NCBI GenBank assembly: GCA_046350615.1
Contig: JAXMAA010000002.1
Span: 21,204 to 85,203, forward strand
From: Candidatus Saccharimonadales bacterium
Lineage (GTDB): Bacteria > Patescibacteriota > Saccharimonadia > Saccharimonadales > UBA7683
Reading direction: 5' to 3'
DNA length: 64,000 bases
Below, piece by piece: positions 16,329 through 25,483 of this stretch. The translations under genes and the position numbers were made by a program. Position 1 is the first letter of the stretch; the number at the start of each line of letters is the position of its first letter. Under the pieces are notes generated by a model. The model was not told the DNA's origin. It saw only the letters and a program-made list of their open reading frames with translations, and searched no databases.

Positions 16329-16401
16329 ATATGTTTTGACGTGAGTACATGCGCTATTGTTTCTCAGAGGGAAAAGAGACAGGCGAAAAAAGGAGGTTAC
16401 G

Positions 16402-16893
16402 ATGGGTGAAGTTGTTCAGTTTCCTGATAGACCAATCAGGGGTGGTATGCCAGATACGGAGTTATTTAGGGAGACGGTATTCCAACAGCAACGTGATGCC
16501 GAGATTGCGGCTCGTGCGCGGACTACATGCCGACAGCCGACTTTGGCTGAGAGTCAAGCTGCTAAGAAAGAGCTTGATTTCATTTTTGGTGGTGAGAATG
16601 CCGCTGTGGCCAACCAGATGTATCTGCAGGGTAAAGATGATGTGGTGCATTCGAGGCGTAAGGTCGTGGACCGGATGGTTTCATTTGTATTTACCGATGG
16701 GTTCACTGTGTACCATCACGAAATCTCTGCAACTGGCGGGTATACTGACGCAGCAACATTCTATGCTTATGTAGAACACCTCACCGCTACGGCCGCAGTA
16801 ATGTATGATCGACCGTCTGGATATGTGAATGAGGCTCGATACGGAAGACTTGACGATAACTCCGTGGCGACTGGCGAGGTGGATCATGACTAG
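16402..16893 (+). CDS. hypothetical protein, translationally coupled to pyrB
   Basis: The start was moved to ATG 16402, which has a strong SD (AAAGGAGG). It is 163 aa and its end overlaps the pyrB start by 8 nt. Confidence 0.5.
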   Translation: MGEVVQFPDRPIRGGMPDTELFRETVFQQQRDAEIAARARTTCRQPTLAESQAAKKELDFIFGGENAAVANQMYLQGKDDVVHSRRKVVDRMVSFVFTDGFTVYHHEISATGGYTDAATFYAYVEHLTATAAVMYDRPSGYVNEARYGRLDDNSVATGEVDHD

Positions 16894-17791
16894 AATTAGC
16901 CATATACTTTCATCCTCACAGTTTTTGGAGCCAGCATTTGTAGATGAGATTATTGAGTTGGCTCGAGCGTATAAAGCTGAGCCGCTTCGTAAAAAGCCGC
17001 TCACCGGTATGCGGGTCGCAACGTTGTTTTATGAACCAAGTACCAGAACAAGACTTTCTTTTGAGTCGGCTGCGGTTGCACTTGGTGCGGATGTTGTAAG
17101 TACCGAAAGCGCTGGCGTATACTCTTCAGCCGCCAAGGGTGAGACGCTGGAAGATACTATACGAACGGTGCAGGGCTATGTTGATGCTATCGTGCTTCGG
17201 TATTACGAAAAGGGCGGTGCAGAGCGTGCGGCTGCAGTCTCCGGTGTGCCAATTATTAATGCAGGTGATGGTCCCGGTGAGCATCCTACTCAAGCGCTCT
17301 TGGACCTTTTTACAATCAGAGAGCTTAAACAGGATGTCGATAGTTTAAAAATTGGTTTAGTCGGCGATCTTAAGAATGGGCGCACCGTTCACTCGCTTGC
17401 TGGTTTGCTCGGTAGTCTGCATCCTGCCATGAGAATTGTAGGCGTTGCTCCGCAATCACTACAGCTGCAGTCTGGGTATGCCCCGCATGGTCTTCAGCGT
17501 GCTACGTACCTAGAAGATGTTATAGGTGATCTAGACATTATTTATATGACGCGAATACAAAAAGAGCGCTTTAGCTCACCAGAAGAGTACGAGTCACTAA
17601 AAGATAGCTTCATTCTTGACGGTAATCTTATGAAACGAGCAAAAGCTTCAGCGATTGTTATGCACCCTTTGCCGCGAGTTGGTGAGATTGCAGCCGAAGT
17701 TGATGATGACACACGGGCGATTTACTTTCAACAGGCTCACAATGGCTTGTTTGTTCGGATGGCACTTCTTGAGCACGTGCTTACTCATTAA
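16886..17791 (+). CDS. pyrB: aspartate carbamoyltransferase catalytic subunit
   Basis: Motifs STRTRLSFE, HPTQALLD and HPLPR are present. The start was set at ATG 16886 (MTRISHILS..). Confidence 0.9.
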   Translation: MTRISHILSSSQFLEPAFVDEIIELARAYKAEPLRKKPLTGMRVATLFYEPSTRTRLSFESAAVALGADVVSTESAGVYSSAAKGETLEDTIRTVQGYVDAIVLRYYEKGGAERAAAVSGVPIINAGDGPGEHPTQALLDLFTIRELKQDVDSLKIGLVGDLKNGRTVHSLAGLLGSLHPAMRIVGVAPQSLQLQSGYAPHGLQRATYLEDVIGDLDIIYMTRIQKERFSSPEEYESLKDSFILDGNLMKRAKASAIVMHPLPRVGEIAAEVDDDTRAIYFQQAHNGLFVRMALLEHVLTH

Positions 17792-17818
17792 TCCCAGGAT
17801 GAGTTACAATGCCTGCAT

Positions 17819-18790
17819 ATGTGTGAAGAGTCAAGACAGTACGTTATCGCAGTGAGTGGTGGAGTGGATTCCGTGGTGCTACTTGATGCGCTAGTGCATA
17901 ACCGTCTTCATGAATTAACGAATCACGAATCACGAATCACGAATCACGAGCTCATTGTGGCACACTTTGACCATGGAATTCGACCAGATTCGGCTGAGGA
18001 TGCGGAGTGGGTGAGGGCCTTGGCTGCAGGCTACGGATTGGAGTATGTATCTGAACGAGTTGAGCTTGGCTTAGGCGCAAGCGAGTCGGCTGCTCGCCAG
18101 ATGCGCTATAATTTTTTGCGACAAACTTGCAAAAAGCATAATGCACTTTTAATAACTGCACATCACCAAGATGACGTTATTGAAACGATAATCATCAACC
18201 TGATTCGTGGGACTGGTTGGCGTGGTTTGGCGCCTATGGCTGTTAAGATCTCAGATCTTAGATCTCAGATCATAGATTCCCAATCACCAACCATTCTCCG
18301 GCCGCTGATTGGCGTGAGTAAGGCGCAGATTTTAGAGTATGCAAAGAAGTATCAATTACAGTGGCGAGAAGACAGTACCAATGCAAATGAAAAATATCTC
18401 AGAAATTATGTTCGACGTTCGTTATTACCAGCTGTGCATGCAAAAAACCCAGCCGCCAAGCAGCAGTTACTTGAGCTAAATGCAAATGTGGTGGGGTTAA
18501 GATATGAAATTGCGACAGAATTGCAAAAAATAATTGCTTACTATCAACTATCAACTATCAACTACCAACTACCAAGATACTTCCTCATTATGATTCCAGC
18601 TATGGTTGCCCAGGAGATTCTCTACCACATAATCGCAGAGCTTGTACCAGATTGGCACCCTGAGCGCCGAGCAATACTGGGAATGCTCCATTTTGTTAAA
18701 ACAGGACTACCGCGTAAAACATACCAACTTCATCGAAGCCTTGAAGTTTCGCTGACCGAAGGCCAAGTTTGGTTTAAAAAAGTGCCATAA
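17819..18790 (+). CDS. tilS: tRNA(Ile)-lysidine synthase
   Basis: A PP-loop SGGVDS lies at the N-terminus, with ..HFDHGIR.. and ..TAHHQDD.. motifs. The gene contains three heptamer-repeat tracts. Confidence 0.85.
   Translation: MCEESRQYVIAVSGGVDSVVLLDALVHNRLHELTNHESRITNHELIVAHFDHGIRPDSAEDAEWVRALAAGYGLEYVSERVELGLGASESAARQMRYNFLRQTCKKHNALLITAHHQDDVIETIIINLIRGTGWRGLAPMAVKISDLRSQIIDSQSPTILRPLIGVSKAQILEYAKKYQLQWREDSTNANEKYLRNYVRRSLLPAVHAKNPAAKQQLLELNANVVGLRYEIATELQKIIAYYQLSTINYQLPRYFLIMIPAMVAQEILYHIIAELVPDWHPERRAILGMLHFVKTGLPRKTYQLHRSLEVSLTEGQVWFKKVP
17918..17949 (+). repeat. heptanucleotide tandem repeat ACGAATC x4.5 inside tilS
   Basis: Read directly from the sequence. It encodes TNHESRITNHE. 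Confidence 0.9.
18247..18281 (+). repeat. heptanucleotide tandem repeat AGATCTC-like x5 inside tilS
   Basis: AGATCTC AGATCTT AGATCTC AGATCAT AGATTCC. Confidence 0.85.
18541..18575 (+). repeat. heptanucleotide tandem repeat CTATCAA x3 / CTACCAA x2 inside tilS
   Basis: Read directly from the sequence. It encodes YQLSTINYQLP. Confidence 0.9.
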
Positions 18791-18826
18791 TATGGTAGGG
18801 TTATAGGGTACCAAAAGGAGAAAATA

Positions 18827-20731
18827 GTGGATTCAAAAAGTTCTGGGAAGATGCCAAACAACAAGAAAAGCATGCTGAAAACCGTTGCCTTCGTTATTTT
18901 TATCGGGTTAGTTGGAGCCTTTTTCTGGGCAAGTTCAAGCCTGCAAGGGGCTGAATATAAAAAGAATGTACTCACCTACTCTGATTTTGTGAAGCAGATG
19001 AATGAGGAGAAGATAGAATCAACCATTAAAAGTGGCAGTACGCTAAAAGTAACACTTAAAGATGAGATTACTCGCACCGTTGATGGCAAAGAAGAAAAAG
19101 GCAAGAAGTTTGAAGTGCTCTATCCTGATGGAGTCGAGCTACCCGACGAACAAAAGCTCGATCCTGTGAAGGCGAATCTTAAGGCTGAATCACCATCTGA
19201 TACTGGCAGTATTGTTTGGGGCGCTGCTCAGTTGTTGGTGCCGGGGCTGCTCATTTTAGGGTTCTTCTTTTTCATGATGCGTCAAGCGCAGGGCCAAAAC
19301 AATCAGGCGATGAGCTTCGGTAAGAGCAAGGCTCGCATTGCCGGTAACGAAAAAACTAAAACAACCTTCAAGGATATCGCCGGGAATGAAGAGGCAAAAC
19401 AAGATCTCGAAGAGGTGGTGGAGTTTCTAAAATACCCCAAAAAGTTTGAAGCCGTCGGGGCTAAAATTCCTAAAGGCGTGTTGTTAGTGGGTAGCCCTGG
19501 TACTGGTAAGACGCTGATGGCAAAAGCGGTGGCAGGCGAAGCTGGTGTGCCATTCTTCTCAATCTCTGGTTCTGAGTTTGTCGAGATGTTTGTTGGCGTT
19601 GGTGCTTCACGTGTTCGAGACCTTTTTGTAAAAGCAAAAAAGAATGCACCATGCATCATCTTTATTGATGAAATTGATGCAGTTGGTCGGCGTCGTGGTT
19701 CTGGTATGGGTGGCGGGCATGATGAGCGCGAACAAACCTTGAACCAAATTTTGGTAGAGATGGATGGCTTTGAAACCGGCGTAAACGTCATTGTGTTGGC
19801 AGCCACAAACCGAGCAGATGTGCTTGATCCGGCGCTTCTTCGACCGGGCCGCTTTGATCGCCGTGTAAACATTCCATTGCCGGAGCGGAAAGATCGTGAG
19901 GCTATTCTGAACGTTCATTTTAAAAACAAGCCGCTTGATAAATCGGTTGATTTAAATGCGCTTTCTAAAAAAACGACTGGTATGGCAGGGGCTGATTTGG
20001 CTAACCTGGCGAACGAATCGGCAATTATCGCTGCTCGAAGTGACCGAAAAGTAATTCAAAATTCTGATATTGTTGAGGCGTTTGAACGTGTAGCGATTGG
20101 TCCTGAGCGCAAAAATAAAGTGATGACCGAAAAAGACCGAGAGATGACAGCTTATCATGAAGGTGGACACGCCTTAACCGGTTTTACACTGCCAAATTCG
20201 GGTGGTTTACACAAAGTTACCATTATTCCACGTGGTGGCACGGGCGGTGTTACTTGGTTCTTGGACGAAGAAGATAAAAGCTACCATTCAATTAACGAGT
20301 TCAAAGATGTGTTGGTGCGCATTGTAGGCGGTCGTATAGCAGAAAAAGTGATATATGGTGATGATTGGGTAACGACTGGCGCCGGTAATGATCTTCAGAA
20401 AGCAACACAGTTGGCCCGCGAGATGGTAATTGAGCAAGGGATGGGCAAGCAGCTGCGTGATCAAGTGTTCCACGAAGATGAAGGTGGCATGATGCTAGAC
20501 CGCATGGTGCACTCAAAGCCATATTCTGAAAAGACAGCTGAACTCATTGACCAAGAGGTAGAAAACTTAATCAGGGAGGCGACTACCCGAGCTGAAAAGA
20601 TTATTCGCAGCAATCTACCTGCTCTTGAAAGTATCAAGAAAGCATTACTTGAAAAGGAAACGCTCGATGAAGAAGAGGCACGTGCTTCACTTGCTGGTGC
20701 AACGGCACCATCAGAAACTGTGCTTAAGTAG
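18827..20731 (+). CDS. ftsH: ATP-dependent zinc metalloprotease FtsH
   Basis: Walker A GSPGTGKT, Walker B IIFIDEID, the SRH region, and zinc motif HEGGHAL. A GTG start with SD AAGGAG 6 nt upstream. Confidence 0.95.
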   Translation: MDSKSSGKMPNNKKSMLKTVAFVIFIGLVGAFFWASSSLQGAEYKKNVLTYSDFVKQMNEEKIESTIKSGSTLKVTLKDEITRTVDGKEEKGKKFEVLYPDGVELPDEQKLDPVKANLKAESPSDTGSIVWGAAQLLVPGLLILGFFFFMMRQAQGQNNQAMSFGKSKARIAGNEKTKTTFKDIAGNEEAKQDLEEVVEFLKYPKKFEAVGAKIPKGVLLVGSPGTGKTLMAKAVAGEAGVPFFSISGSEFVEMFVGVGASRVRDLFVKAKKNAPCIIFIDEIDAVGRRRGSGMGGGHDEREQTLNQILVEMDGFETGVNVIVLAATNRADVLDPALLRPGRFDRRVNIPLPERKDREAILNVHFKNKPLDKSVDLNALSKKTTGMAGADLANLANESAIIAARSDRKVIQNSDIVEAFERVAIGPERKNKVMTEKDREMTAYHEGGHALTGFTLPNSGGLHKVTIIPRGGTGGVTWFLDEEDKSYHSINEFKDVLVRIVGGRIAEKVIYGDDWVTTGAGNDLQKATQLAREMVIEQGMGKQLRDQVFHEDEGGMMLDRMVHSKPYSEKTAELIDQEVENLIREATTRAEKIIRSNLPALESIKKALLEKETLDEEEARASLAGATAPSETVLK

Positions 20732-20782
20732 TTTAATTGCACCTAATTTATTCTCTTATTGTGGACCTGCTCGTCGTCTGCT

Positions 20783-20810
20783 GTCATTCCAGACTTGATC
20801 CAAGATCCAG
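20783..20810 (+). repeat. GTCATYC...GRATC repeat copy (degenerate stem)
   Basis: GTCATTCCAGACTTGATCCAAGATCCAG. Confidence 0.55.
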
Positions 20811-20873
20811 TTATTATTAATCACTGGCGATATAGCTATATTTTTACCCCTCTAATGCGTATACTTAGCAGTA

Positions 20874-22466
20874 ATGGTCAAACAATTTTTAGTGCGAGCG
20901 AATCAGAAGGTTAGTTTTGGCTGGGCGGCAGCTTTGCTGGCCGGCTCAAGCATGATTGCTCAGGCGTTAGGGCTTCTGAGGGACCGTTTTCTATACGGTA
21001 GTTTTGGTTTAGAAAGTTCACAGGTAGCCGCCTTTAAAGCGGCTTTTACAGTGCCGGACTTCATGTTTTTTTTACTGATTTCTGGAGCACTGAGCGTTAC
21101 TTTTATTCCGATTTTTAACGAACGCTACATTAAAGGTAATAAAAAATCAGCCTGGGAGCTGAGCTCCAGTCTGCTTAACATGTTTGCCGTGCTAACCTTT
21201 TTTACTAGTATCTTGATACTCATATTTGCTGAACCGTTAGTGAAGTATGTTGTGGCGCCAGGGCTTGATGAGCATACAACTTTTTTGGCGGTTTCAATGA
21301 TGCGTATCATTGCGGTCAATCCATTGCTGTTCTCAATTAGCTCTGTTTTTGCAGCGATGCAGCAGGCCGTGGGGCGGTTCTTTTTTGTGAGCTTGGCACC
21401 GTCCTTTTATAATCTGAGCACTATTTTCGGCATTGTCTTTCTAGCGCCAAAATTTGGGATTATGGGTGTAGCGTTTGGTGTGGTGATTGGCTCAGTGGCT
21501 CAGCTGCTTGTTGGGGTGTTGGGTCTGGCAGGTTTTGGTTTTGACTATCAAGCAAAAATTTTTTGGAAGAACTTAGGCTTCCGTCGGCTACTTAAAATTC
21601 TGCCGGCTCGTTCGGCCGACCAAGGCATGGATTACTTCAATAATATAGTTGAGGTTAATTTGGCATCACGTCTCGGTACGGGTGCAATCGGTAATTTTAG
21701 TGCGGCTTATACCCTGCATAATGTGCCAATTACGCTTATTGGAGTGGCACTCTCTACGGCCGCCTTTCCTCGCATGACCGAACGGCTGGCACAGAACCGG
21801 CCAGATCTTTTCAAGAAGGAGCTAGCTGGTCTGCTTCGTCTTGTTATTTGGTTCTCGTTGCCTGCAATTACCATTACATTCCTGATGAGAGGCTATTTAA
21901 TTCGTCTTTCTGCTGGCGATGGCTACGCAACAGCAGCAGCGATTCTCGGTATTTTTGCGTGGGCCGTGTTGTTTCGAGCGCTGTATCACGTGCTTTCCCG
22001 GAGTTTTTATGCCCAGCAAGATACTCGTACGCCGCTCTACGTTTCAATCTTTGCAATCTCACTCAACGTGGTTCTTGCAATTTTACTTGCCCGACCAAGT
22101 GCTTACGGCATTATTGGCCTTCCACTTGCTCAAGTGATTGTCTCAATCGCTGAAGTGGCAATTTTGCTCGTTATTTTGTTCCGACGATTCCCGGGCTTCC
22201 TCGGCCGCGTTTTTGTTGGAGCACTCTGGCGTATGCTCTCGGCTTTTGGTATCACCTTTTGGGTAACCTGGATTTTGCGCCGTGAACTCTTTGAACTTGG
22301 TGCACAAGATCGCGGTTTCCTGACCGTTGTGCCAAAACTGGGGCTACTCTGTACTATCGTACTCCTGCTTTACGTGGTCATCTCGTGGCTCTTCCGGCTA
22401 GAAGAAGTCGAACCAATCATTGCCAAAGTCCGCACCATACTATTTAAACCCATCCGCCTGCAGTAG
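20874..22466 (+). CDS. murJ: lipid II flippase MurJ
   Basis: 530 aa with about 14 TM helices and MviN/MurJ-type N-terminal motifs (..GLLRDRFLYGSFG..). A TATACT box lies 8 nt upstream of the ATG. Confidence 0.85.
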   Translation: MVKQFLVRANQKVSFGWAAALLAGSSMIAQALGLLRDRFLYGSFGLESSQVAAFKAAFTVPDFMFFLLISGALSVTFIPIFNERYIKGNKKSAWELSSSLLNMFAVLTFFTSILILIFAEPLVKYVVAPGLDEHTTFLAVSMMRIIAVNPLLFSISSVFAAMQQAVGRFFFVSLAPSFYNLSTIFGIVFLAPKFGIMGVAFGVVIGSVAQLLVGVLGLAGFGFDYQAKIFWKNLGFRRLLKILPARSADQGMDYFNNIVEVNLASRLGTGAIGNFSAAYTLHNVPITLIGVALSTAAFPRMTERLAQNRPDLFKKELAGLLRLVIWFSLPAITITFLMRGYLIRLSAGDGYATAAAILGIFAWAVLFRALYHVLSRSFYAQQDTRTPLYVSIFAISLNVVLAILLARPSAYGIIGLPLAQVIVSIAEVAILLVILFRRFPGFLGRVFVGALWRMLSAFGITFWVTWILRRELFELGAQDRGFLTVVPKLGLLCTIVLLLYVVISWLFRLEEVEPIIAKVRTILFKPIRLQ

Positions 22467-22520
22467 ATTGCAGATAACAGAAAATAGATAATAGAATCAC
22501 TGCACTACCGGTTTAATAGC

Positions 22521-22579
22521 CTGTTATCTATTTGCTACTATCTGTTATCTAAACTCCACCTCTGTTATACTGAACTACA
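22521..22579 (+). repeat. three CTGTTAT(C/A) extended -10-like units spaced 21 and 20 nt upstream of lepA
   Basis: The units start at 22521, 22542 and 22562. The last one (TGTTATACT) is the likely lepA -10 box. Confidence 0.6.
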
Positions 22580-24454
22580 ATGAATCAAGATCACATTCGA
22601 AACTTCTGCATTATCGCTCATATCGACCACGGTAAAAGTACGTTGGCAGATCGATTGCTTGAACTTACCGGAACTGTCCAGAAGCGCGACATGAAGGCGC
22701 AGCTGCTTGATAAGATGGATTTAGAGCGCGAAAAAGGTATCACCATTAAGCTGGCGCCAGTCAGAATGAACTACACACCTTCTGCAAGCACCAAATCACA
22801 AGCACCAAATGTTAAACAGATCCAAAACGCAAACAACCACAACTCAAAACACGACCAACTATCAACTACCAACTACCAACTTAATCTCATTGACACACCC
22901 GGCCACGTAGATTTCAGCTACGAAGTTTCGCGTAGTCTCGAGGCCTGCGAAGGTGCAATTTTAGTGGTTGATGCCAGCCAGGGCATTCAGGCGCAGACGC
23001 TGGCTAATGTGTACCTTGCTATGGCTGCGGATCTCAAGATTATTCCGGTACTCAATAAAATTGATCTACCGGCCGCCGATGTTCCACGCGTAACGGCGGA
23101 AGTAGTGAGTTTGTTGGGCTGCGATGAAGACGAGATTCTGCATATTTCAGCTAAAACCGGCGAGGGCGTGCCAGCGGTACTCGATGCAATTGTAGCACAA
23201 GTTGAACCCCCAAAAGGTGAGCCGAATCTTCCGGCGCGGGCACTCATTTTTGATAGCTACTACGATGATTATCGCGGCGTCATTTTGTATGTTCGTGTGG
23301 TTGATGGCTCTATTAAAAAGAGTAATGAAATGAAAATGATGAGTTCTACGGCGCACGGTCTGGCCTTAGAAATCGGGCACCTCAACCCCGCTATGAGTGC
23401 CGATGGCGAACTCAAAACCGGCGAGATCGGCTACATTGTTACTAATCTGAAGTCTACTCGCGAAGCCAAAGTTGGTGATACCGTAACCCTTACCACTAAT
23501 GCTGCAATAACTCCGTTGCCGGGCTATCAAGAGGTGAAGCCATTTGTCTATGCGGGTATTTTCCCGGAAAGCAACGAATACTACGCAGATTTGAAAGACG
23601 CCATAGAAAAACTAAGTCTGAGCGATTCTGCCTTGCAGTACGAGCCGGAAAACTCGCCAGTACTTGGGTTTGGCGTGCGCGTCGGCTTCTTGGGGTTGCT
23701 CCACATGGATATCGTGCGCGAAAGACTGGAGCGCGAATACAACCTAAGCCTAATTGTGACCAACCCGAGCACCGATTATCATGTCACACTACTAAATGGA
23801 GGACGGCTTGATAGTAAGTCGGCGAGTGATTTACCAGACCCCGCAAAAATTAAATCGATTGCCGAACCCTGGATCAAGGGTGAAATTGTCGTGCCAAAAG
23901 AATATGTTGGTGCGGTAATTCAACTGATTTCATCTAAACGCGGCGTGCAAAAGGGTCTCAGTTTTGTTGACGCGCAGCTTGCATTAGTGAGCTTTGATGC
24001 GCCACTTGCCAACTTACTAACTGATTTTTACGACCAGCTCAAAAGTGTTACCAGCGGCTACGGATCGTTTAACTATGAACTCAGCGATTATCGCGAGGAA
24101 GATCTAGTGCGGGTAGATTTTTATGTAGCTGGCGAGATTGTCGGGGCGCTCTCGGTGATGGCGCACCGCTCTGAAGCCGAAGCTTTAGGCCGCGATACTA
24201 CAACAAAACTCAAAGAGGTGATCCCGCGGCAAAACTTTAAAGTTGCGTTGCAAGCCGCCATCGGTGGGCGCTTTATTGCTCGCGAAGATATTTCGGCGTT
24301 TCGTAAAGATGTCACCAGCGGTCTCTACGGCGGTGATGTCTCACGAAAAAAGAAGGTGCTAGCCAAGCAGAAAAAGGGCAAAGAACGCCTAAAGCGCTTC
24401 GGCAAAGTGGATATCCCCGCCGAAGCCTTCACCGTCATGCTCAAGCGCGATTAA
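22580..24454 (+). CDS. lepA: translation elongation factor 4 (LepA)
   Basis: G-domain motifs AHIDHGKST, DTPGH and NKID, plus the LepA C-terminal domain. It carries a ~25-aa low-complexity insertion before DTPGH. Confidence 0.95.
   Translation: MNQDHIRNFCIIAHIDHGKSTLADRLLELTGTVQKRDMKAQLLDKMDLEREKGITIKLAPVRMNYTPSASTKSQAPNVKQIQNANNHNSKHDQLSTTNYQLNLIDTPGHVDFSYEVSRSLEACEGAILVVDASQGIQAQTLANVYLAMAADLKIIPVLNKIDLPAADVPRVTAEVVSLLGCDEDEILHISAKTGEGVPAVLDAIVAQVEPPKGEPNLPARALIFDSYYDDYRGVILYVRVVDGSIKKSNEMKMMSSTAHGLALEIGHLNPAMSADGELKTGEIGYIVTNLKSTREAKVGDTVTLTTNAAITPLPGYQEVKPFVYAGIFPESNEYYADLKDAIEKLSLSDSALQYEPENSPVLGFGVRVGFLGLLHMDIVRERLEREYNLSLIVTNPSTDYHVTLLNGGRLDSKSASDLPDPAKIKSIAEPWIKGEIVVPKEYVGAVIQLISSKRGVQKGLSFVDAQLALVSFDAPLANLLTDFYDQLKSVTSGYGSFNYELSDYREEDLVRVDFYVAGEIVGALSVMAHRSEAEALGRDTTTKLKEVIPRQNFKVALQAAIGGRFIAREDISAFRKDVTSGLYGGDVSRKKKVLAKQKKGKERLKRFGKVDIPAEAFTVMLKRD
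22856..22883 (+). repeat. heptanucleotide tandem repeat CAACTAT/CAACTAC x4 inside lepA
   Basis: 24 nt at 22856-22879 are identical to tilS 18552-18575. Confidence 0.9.
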
Positions 24455-24495
24455 GGTAAAGTCATAGATAGTCCTCAAATAGATAGGGGGAGTAC

Positions 24496-24518
24496 AGGTA
24501 CCCGAAGTGCCTATTTTT
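24496..24518 (+). terminator. lepA intrinsic terminator
   Basis: AGGTAC ccgaa GTGCCT followed by ATTTTT. Confidence 0.55.
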
Positions 24519-24525
24519 CCCACAC

Positions 24526-24573
24526 CGAGCAAAGCAATAAGTCAAGTATATCAATAAACATAAGCTTTGTCAA
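24526..24573 (-). repeat. 48-nt repeat carrying a consensus promoter (copy 1)
   Basis: It matches 36771-36818 at 46 of 48 positions. On the minus strand it reads TTGACA-17 nt-TATACT. Confidence 0.75.
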
Positions 24574-24604
24574 GGCACACTTGAATTACGAAATAGCCAC
24601 CCTT

Positions 24605-24657
24605 GTCATCCTGAGTACTCGATCGGGGTCGAGCATAAACTCCGCTGAAGGATCTAG
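24605..24657 (+). repeat. long GTCATCC...GGATC repeat copy
   Basis: GTCATCCTGAGTACTCGATCGGGGTCGAGCATAAACTCCGCTGAAGGATCTAG, with inner hairpin CTCGA/TCGAG. Confidence 0.7.
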
Positions 24658-24669
24658 TAACAGGCTAAC

Positions 24670-24737
24670 AGATCAACCAGGGTCTCTCCTCCTTTGCTGA
24701 AGCTACAGCGGACAGGTTGCATTTGGCCTCAGAAGAC
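24670..24737 (-). repeat. long repeat copy in inverted orientation (degenerate)
   Basis: AGATC...CCTTTGCTGAAGCTACAGCGGACAGG... is similar to 13952-13999. Confidence 0.5.
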
Positions 24738-24809
24738 GAAATCGATATAATACAGAGAGGACGGTCGTATCTCGTGATACGATGGTAGCTGATAATTTTG
24801 GAGGCATAC

Positions 24810-25445
24810 GTGGCTAAATTTTTACACAGTTCGCAAAGAAGGTGGCGCATTACCACTAAACATATTCTGAGGGTAGCTCTGATAATAATTCCTGTGGTAA
24901 TACTTCTTTCACAAGCAGAACGTTTCTTTACACAAGGGACGCTCTTTGGCTATCAGGTTCGTTCTGTCAAAACCAAGCAGCAGATTGCCCAACAAAATAA
25001 AAGTGGAGCCTTACTTAATGCTGAAAAGTCAGCAGAGAATCAAAAAAGTATAGCCTGCGACAAGTTTCCGGCAGCGAAGGTCAAACAAGCCATGGGTAGC
25101 GAAGTCGAACGCATATCGGGTTTTGTGGCTGACCGAACCGAGCCAACCGTTACCTCGACCTGTATCTACCGAACCAAAAATGGCGACCGTAACTCACAGT
25201 CGGTCCTTATCTTATATCGAGAGCTCAAGGATGAGACAGCAGCTAAGAAGACTCTTGATGCACTGAAACAGCCCAAAGACGGTGAAGATATAACTGGACT
25301 TGGCGATGCAGCCTACTTCAATACCCACGCAAATCAACTATCCGTACAAAAGGGCAAAGAGCTGTTTACTATTACCATACCAAACGCTAGCAAAGACAAA
25401 AAAAGCAAAGACGTTGCCATTGGCACGGCGAAGATTGCACTATAA
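24810..25445 (+). CDS. hypothetical membrane-anchored/secreted protein
   Basis: The start was set at GTG 24810, 5 nt after GGAGG. It is 211 aa with an N-terminal TM helix. Confidence 0.5.
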   Translation: MAKFLHSSQRRWRITTKHILRVALIIIPVVILLSQAERFFTQGTLFGYQVRSVKTKQQIAQQNKSGALLNAEKSAENQKSIACDKFPAAKVKQAMGSEVERISGFVADRTEPTVTSTCIYRTKNGDRNSQSVLILYRELKDETAAKKTLDALKQPKDGEDITGLGDAAYFNTHANQLSVQKGKELFTITIPNASKDKKSKDVAIGTAKIAL

Positions 25446-25483
25446 CGCACTGACTCAGTACGCTTATGTTAAAATACTCATAA

